Shown here piece by piece: positions 23,116 to 25,391 of a stretch of DNA of 25,391 nt (within the stretch, counting starts at the first letter, position 1; each line of letters starts with the position of its first letter). The notes under the pieces were generated by a model, which saw nothing but the letters and a program-made list of their open reading frames with translations, searched no databases and was not told where the DNA came from. The stretch comes from a virus (Duplodnaviria > Caudoviricetes), in the IMG/VR virus record IMGVR_UViG_3300021963_000599, positions 1 to 25,391 of that record. The stretch is one strand, 5' to 3'. The translations under genes and the position numbers were made by a program.

Positions 23116-24500
23116 TAACTTGACCTCTGTCCGGGTTGTGTGCCAGGGTAAGGATTGGCTGGCTTGTTGCCACCTTGACTACCGTTGTCGGCCTTGGGCT
23201 CTAAAATCTCGCTTAGGCTCTGACGACTTGGTATGTTACCTTGATCCGTTGTGGGCACAGTGTATGTATTGTTGACAAAGCCTGACCGTAAAGTATTGTT
23301 GCTGACGCCATTGGTCAAGTTGGTGCGTACAGATTCTTCAATCTTGATCCACATGCGTCCGTTGTATCTAAATAGACGATTTGGGAAATAGTCCAGGCGC
23401 AAACAATAGTCGCCCTCATAGGCCACTGACGGGAAGTTCACTCCCGGAGTGACCGGCAATCCGTTGGGTGCTATGCCATCGCCGGTCAAGTAACCCACTG
23501 TGTAACCATCACCTCTTGGTGTTGCTGTGCCATCGCTGACCAAGGGATCAGCTTGACTGGCGTTGACCAGATTGGTGTCAATGGTTACACCGTCTGTGTC
23601 AGCAGGTGTACCATCGGGATTGGTGGGAAATATGTAAAACTTTACTGTATCGTAGCCTGATAAGGGAACTTCAGCTTCGGCCTGCTGTATAATGGCATCG
23701 TTTACAAGATAGTCTTTATTCTGTGTGCCAGCAGTATCGCCGATGTTGGCTGGATCAGTGGGTTGCCAATAAGCTGCGTCGCCAATAGGTGTGCCAGGTG
23801 GAACAGGCTGCAATGCTGTGTAATATGTGTCGCCATCCTTTACCACACTGCCTGGAGGATAATAATTGCCCGGATCCCAAATAGTGGGTGTGCCTGGGAT
23901 TTGATTAGTAATGTCTTTGTATTCTTGACTCATTACCAAGGGCGTGGCTTTCACACGCCACAGGTGTGGCAACCAAGTTTGGCTGAATCCTTCTGATGCA
24001 AAGTTGGCATCTTGAATGACATAGAAGCGCGGTAAGGGTGGTTTGGTTCGGTCTAAGGGATTCCAATCTTTCAAGTTGGGAAACTCTAGCACATCGCCCA
24101 CCATTAGTTTACGTTGGAATGTGTCAATCATGTCGTTGTAATGGAATGTGATAAACAAGGTATCATTGTTTAAAAACAAACCAAACTGTGTTAGGTCAAA
24201 GTCGATATCCTGTTGACGATAAACACCGCGCATGACATAAATGTCTGGATCGTAAGATCGATCTCTTATCTCGCCCAACAACAGGTCTTGTACAAATAGC
24301 GGGTCATTTACTTGGTAGTTTGGTTGTGTTGCATCACCATTTATGCCAGTGGTTGTAGGGTTGTTTTCTACAATGGTTGGACCTAGATATTTGTGAATAT
24401 ATATGTCGAGACCACCCACAGTAAATTGTTCACTGATGGTTCGATCAAAAAAACGATAGTCATTCGTCTTATTAGGACGATACATACTTAGGCGTGGAAT
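23115..24500 (-). CDS. T4 gp14-like neck/head-closure protein (first ATG at 24485; probable ATT start at 24500)
   Basis: D.LLGEIRDRSYD...FDLTQFGLFL...LMVGDVLEFP pattern; directly upstream of the gp15-like gene; GGAG SD 7 nt before the in-frame ATT. Confidence 0.68.
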   Translation of the reverse strand: MPRLSMYRPNKTNDYRFFDRTISEQFTVGGLDIYIHKYLGPTIVENNPTTTGINGDATQPNYQVNDPLFVQDLLLGEIRDRSYDPDIYVMRGVYRQQDIDFDLTQFGLFLNNDTLFITFHYNDMIDTFQRKLMVGDVLEFPNLKDWNPLDRTKPPLPRFYVIQDANFASEGFSQTWLPHLWRVKATPLVMSQEYKDITNQIPGTPTIWDPGNYYPPGSVVKDGDTYYTALQPVPPGTPIGDAAYWQPTDPANIGDTAGTQNKDYLVNDAIIQQAEAEVPLSGYDTVKFYIFPTNPDGTPADTDGVTIDTNLVNASQADPLVSDGTATPRGDGYTVGYLTGDGIAPNGLPVTPGVNFPSVAYEGDYCLRLDYFPNRLFRYNGRMWIKIEESVRTNLTNGVSNNTLRSGFVNNTYTVPTTDQGNIPSRQSLSEILEPKADNGSQGGNKPANPYPGTQPGQRSS

Positions 24501-24519
24501 TTTATTTCTCCGTTTTTAC

Positions 24520-24525
24520 TATTTA
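24520..24525 (-). promoter_or_regulatory. Late promoter core TAAATA for the neck/gp15/Nudix operon
   Basis: TATTTA on the + strand, upstream of the SD at 24508-24511. Confidence 0.6.
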
Positions 24526-24542
24526 GCAGTAATTTTTAACGG

Positions 24543-24571
24543 TTGACCACTAACCCTAAGTCTGTTAAAAT
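24543..24571 (+). promoter_or_regulatory. Sigma70-type (early) promoter
   Basis: TTGACC-17 nt-TAAAAT with extended -10 TG, upstream of ATG 24604. Confidence 0.75.
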
Positions 24572-24603
24572 GCTATATAAATTTGAAACTCTGCGAGAAT
24601 ACC

Positions 24604-25391
24604 ATGAACGCAACTGCAAAAAAACCTGTCGCTAAAAAAGCTGTTGAGAAAACAGCACACAAACCTCTCAAATCTATGACTCCGCGTAGTCAAGATATTG
24701 GGTACGGTCCTGAGCCCACTTGGAAAGAACAACCTGCAGAAATGGAACGTATCAGCGCCATGACCAGAATGTTTAATTGGTACAACTACCATTATGGCAA
24801 AAAAGAAGCCAAAGACTGTATTGTAGATTGGCTAGTACGCAATGATCGTACTGTAGATGCCAAAGCATTTAATCGAGTACCCGAAGCTGCTGTTTACAAA
24901 ATTGGTATTGGCTGGATTTGTCGTGCTAATCTGTTGGGTCTCGAAATCACAGCCAAAGAATTAGACACAATCAACAGCACCATTGCTGATTATATTGAAG
25001 CTGGAAAGTCGGTTAAAGAAGTGGTTGAAGTAGCAGAAGTAGCAGTCAGGCCCAATATTCAAGATCGCCTGCGTGAAAAAATGAGCGAAGCTGCCGGTGA
25101 GCTGGAAGGCATGTATGATGAAATGATCCTGGCCGGCGGCAAGATGTCAGCTGACTATAAGCCTGTCAGCTTATTGCGTAGTATGAACGTGGCACCACAG
25201 CTGATCGGTCAGGTAAAAGAAATTTGGCAACGCCGCTTGGTAGAACTCAAAGAAGTTGCAGCAGGCAAAGATGGCGACCTAGCAGAAGGTTACGGTCATT
25301 TTGGTAAATTACAAGTACGCAATTTTATTAAATTTGCAGAACAAGTTGTTGCTGATTGCGATGCTTATGTACAAATCAAGAAAGTAGAGCG
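24604..25391 (+). CDS. Hypothetical phage protein (partial, runs off window end)
   Basis: Open frame MNATAKKPVAKKAVEKTAHKPLKSMTPRSQDIGYGPEPTWKEQ...FNWYNYHYGKKEAK...; missing from the ORF track, presumably because no stop is reached; has its own promoter. Confidence 0.8.
   Translation, partial: MNATAKKPVAKKAVEKTAHKPLKSMTPRSQDIGYGPEPTWKEQPAEMERISAMTRMFNWYNYHYGKKEAKDCIVDWLVRNDRTVDAKAFNRVPEAAVYKIGIGWICRANLLGLEITAKELDTINSTIADYIEAGKSVKEVVEVAEVAVRPNIQDRLREKMSEAAGELEGMYDEMILAGGKMSADYKPVSLLRSMNVAPQLIGQVKEIWQRRLVELKEVAAGKDGDLAEGYGHFGKLQVRNFIKFAEQVVADCDAYVQIKKVE

Noticed and set aside
24565-24792. 75-aa minus-strand ORF
   Set aside because: Antisense to the promoter-supported gene starting at 24604.
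1-25391. Stop-codon reassignment, as seen in some large phages
   Set aside because: Long ORFs are intact under the standard code, and TAA, TGA and TAG all end genes at sensible boundaries.

Overview
This window is a structural (late) gene region of a large T4-superfamily-like or jumbo tailed phage, with no rRNA, tRNA, CRISPR array or reverse transcriptase visible. It opens at the 3' end of a gp23-like major capsid gene, followed by a Seg-like GIY-YIG endonuclease and a modular 471-aa protein punctuated by G-V/L-x-E motifs. Next come a TPR-GT9 glycosyltransferase and a long cluster of fibre and adhesin genes: a 1942-aa Ser/Thr/Gly-rich repeat fibre with a C-terminal autocleaving chaperone, a 668-aa chimeric fibre, a BspA/DUF285-type LRR protein and a six-repeat propeller with hypervariable loops. 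Two Maf/sialyltransferase-fold-like genes flank the cluster. On the minus strand lie a gp14-like neck gene, a gp15-like tail terminator gene and a Nudix hydrolase, and a divergent sigma70-type promoter drives a final gene that runs off the window. Many genes carry a T4-type (TA)TAAATA late promoter. The most notable observations are: (i) three glycosyltransferase-like genes around Ser/Thr- and sequon-rich fibres, a possible phage fibre-glycosylation system; (ii) an A-X-B'-Y-A'-B arrangement of duplicated, decayed gene starts around swappable adhesin cassettes; (iii) a probable protease-processed head polyprotein; (iv) a three-hairpin RNA leader, apparently leaderless late genes and a likely ATT start codon. 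All family assignments come from motif recognition, not database searches.
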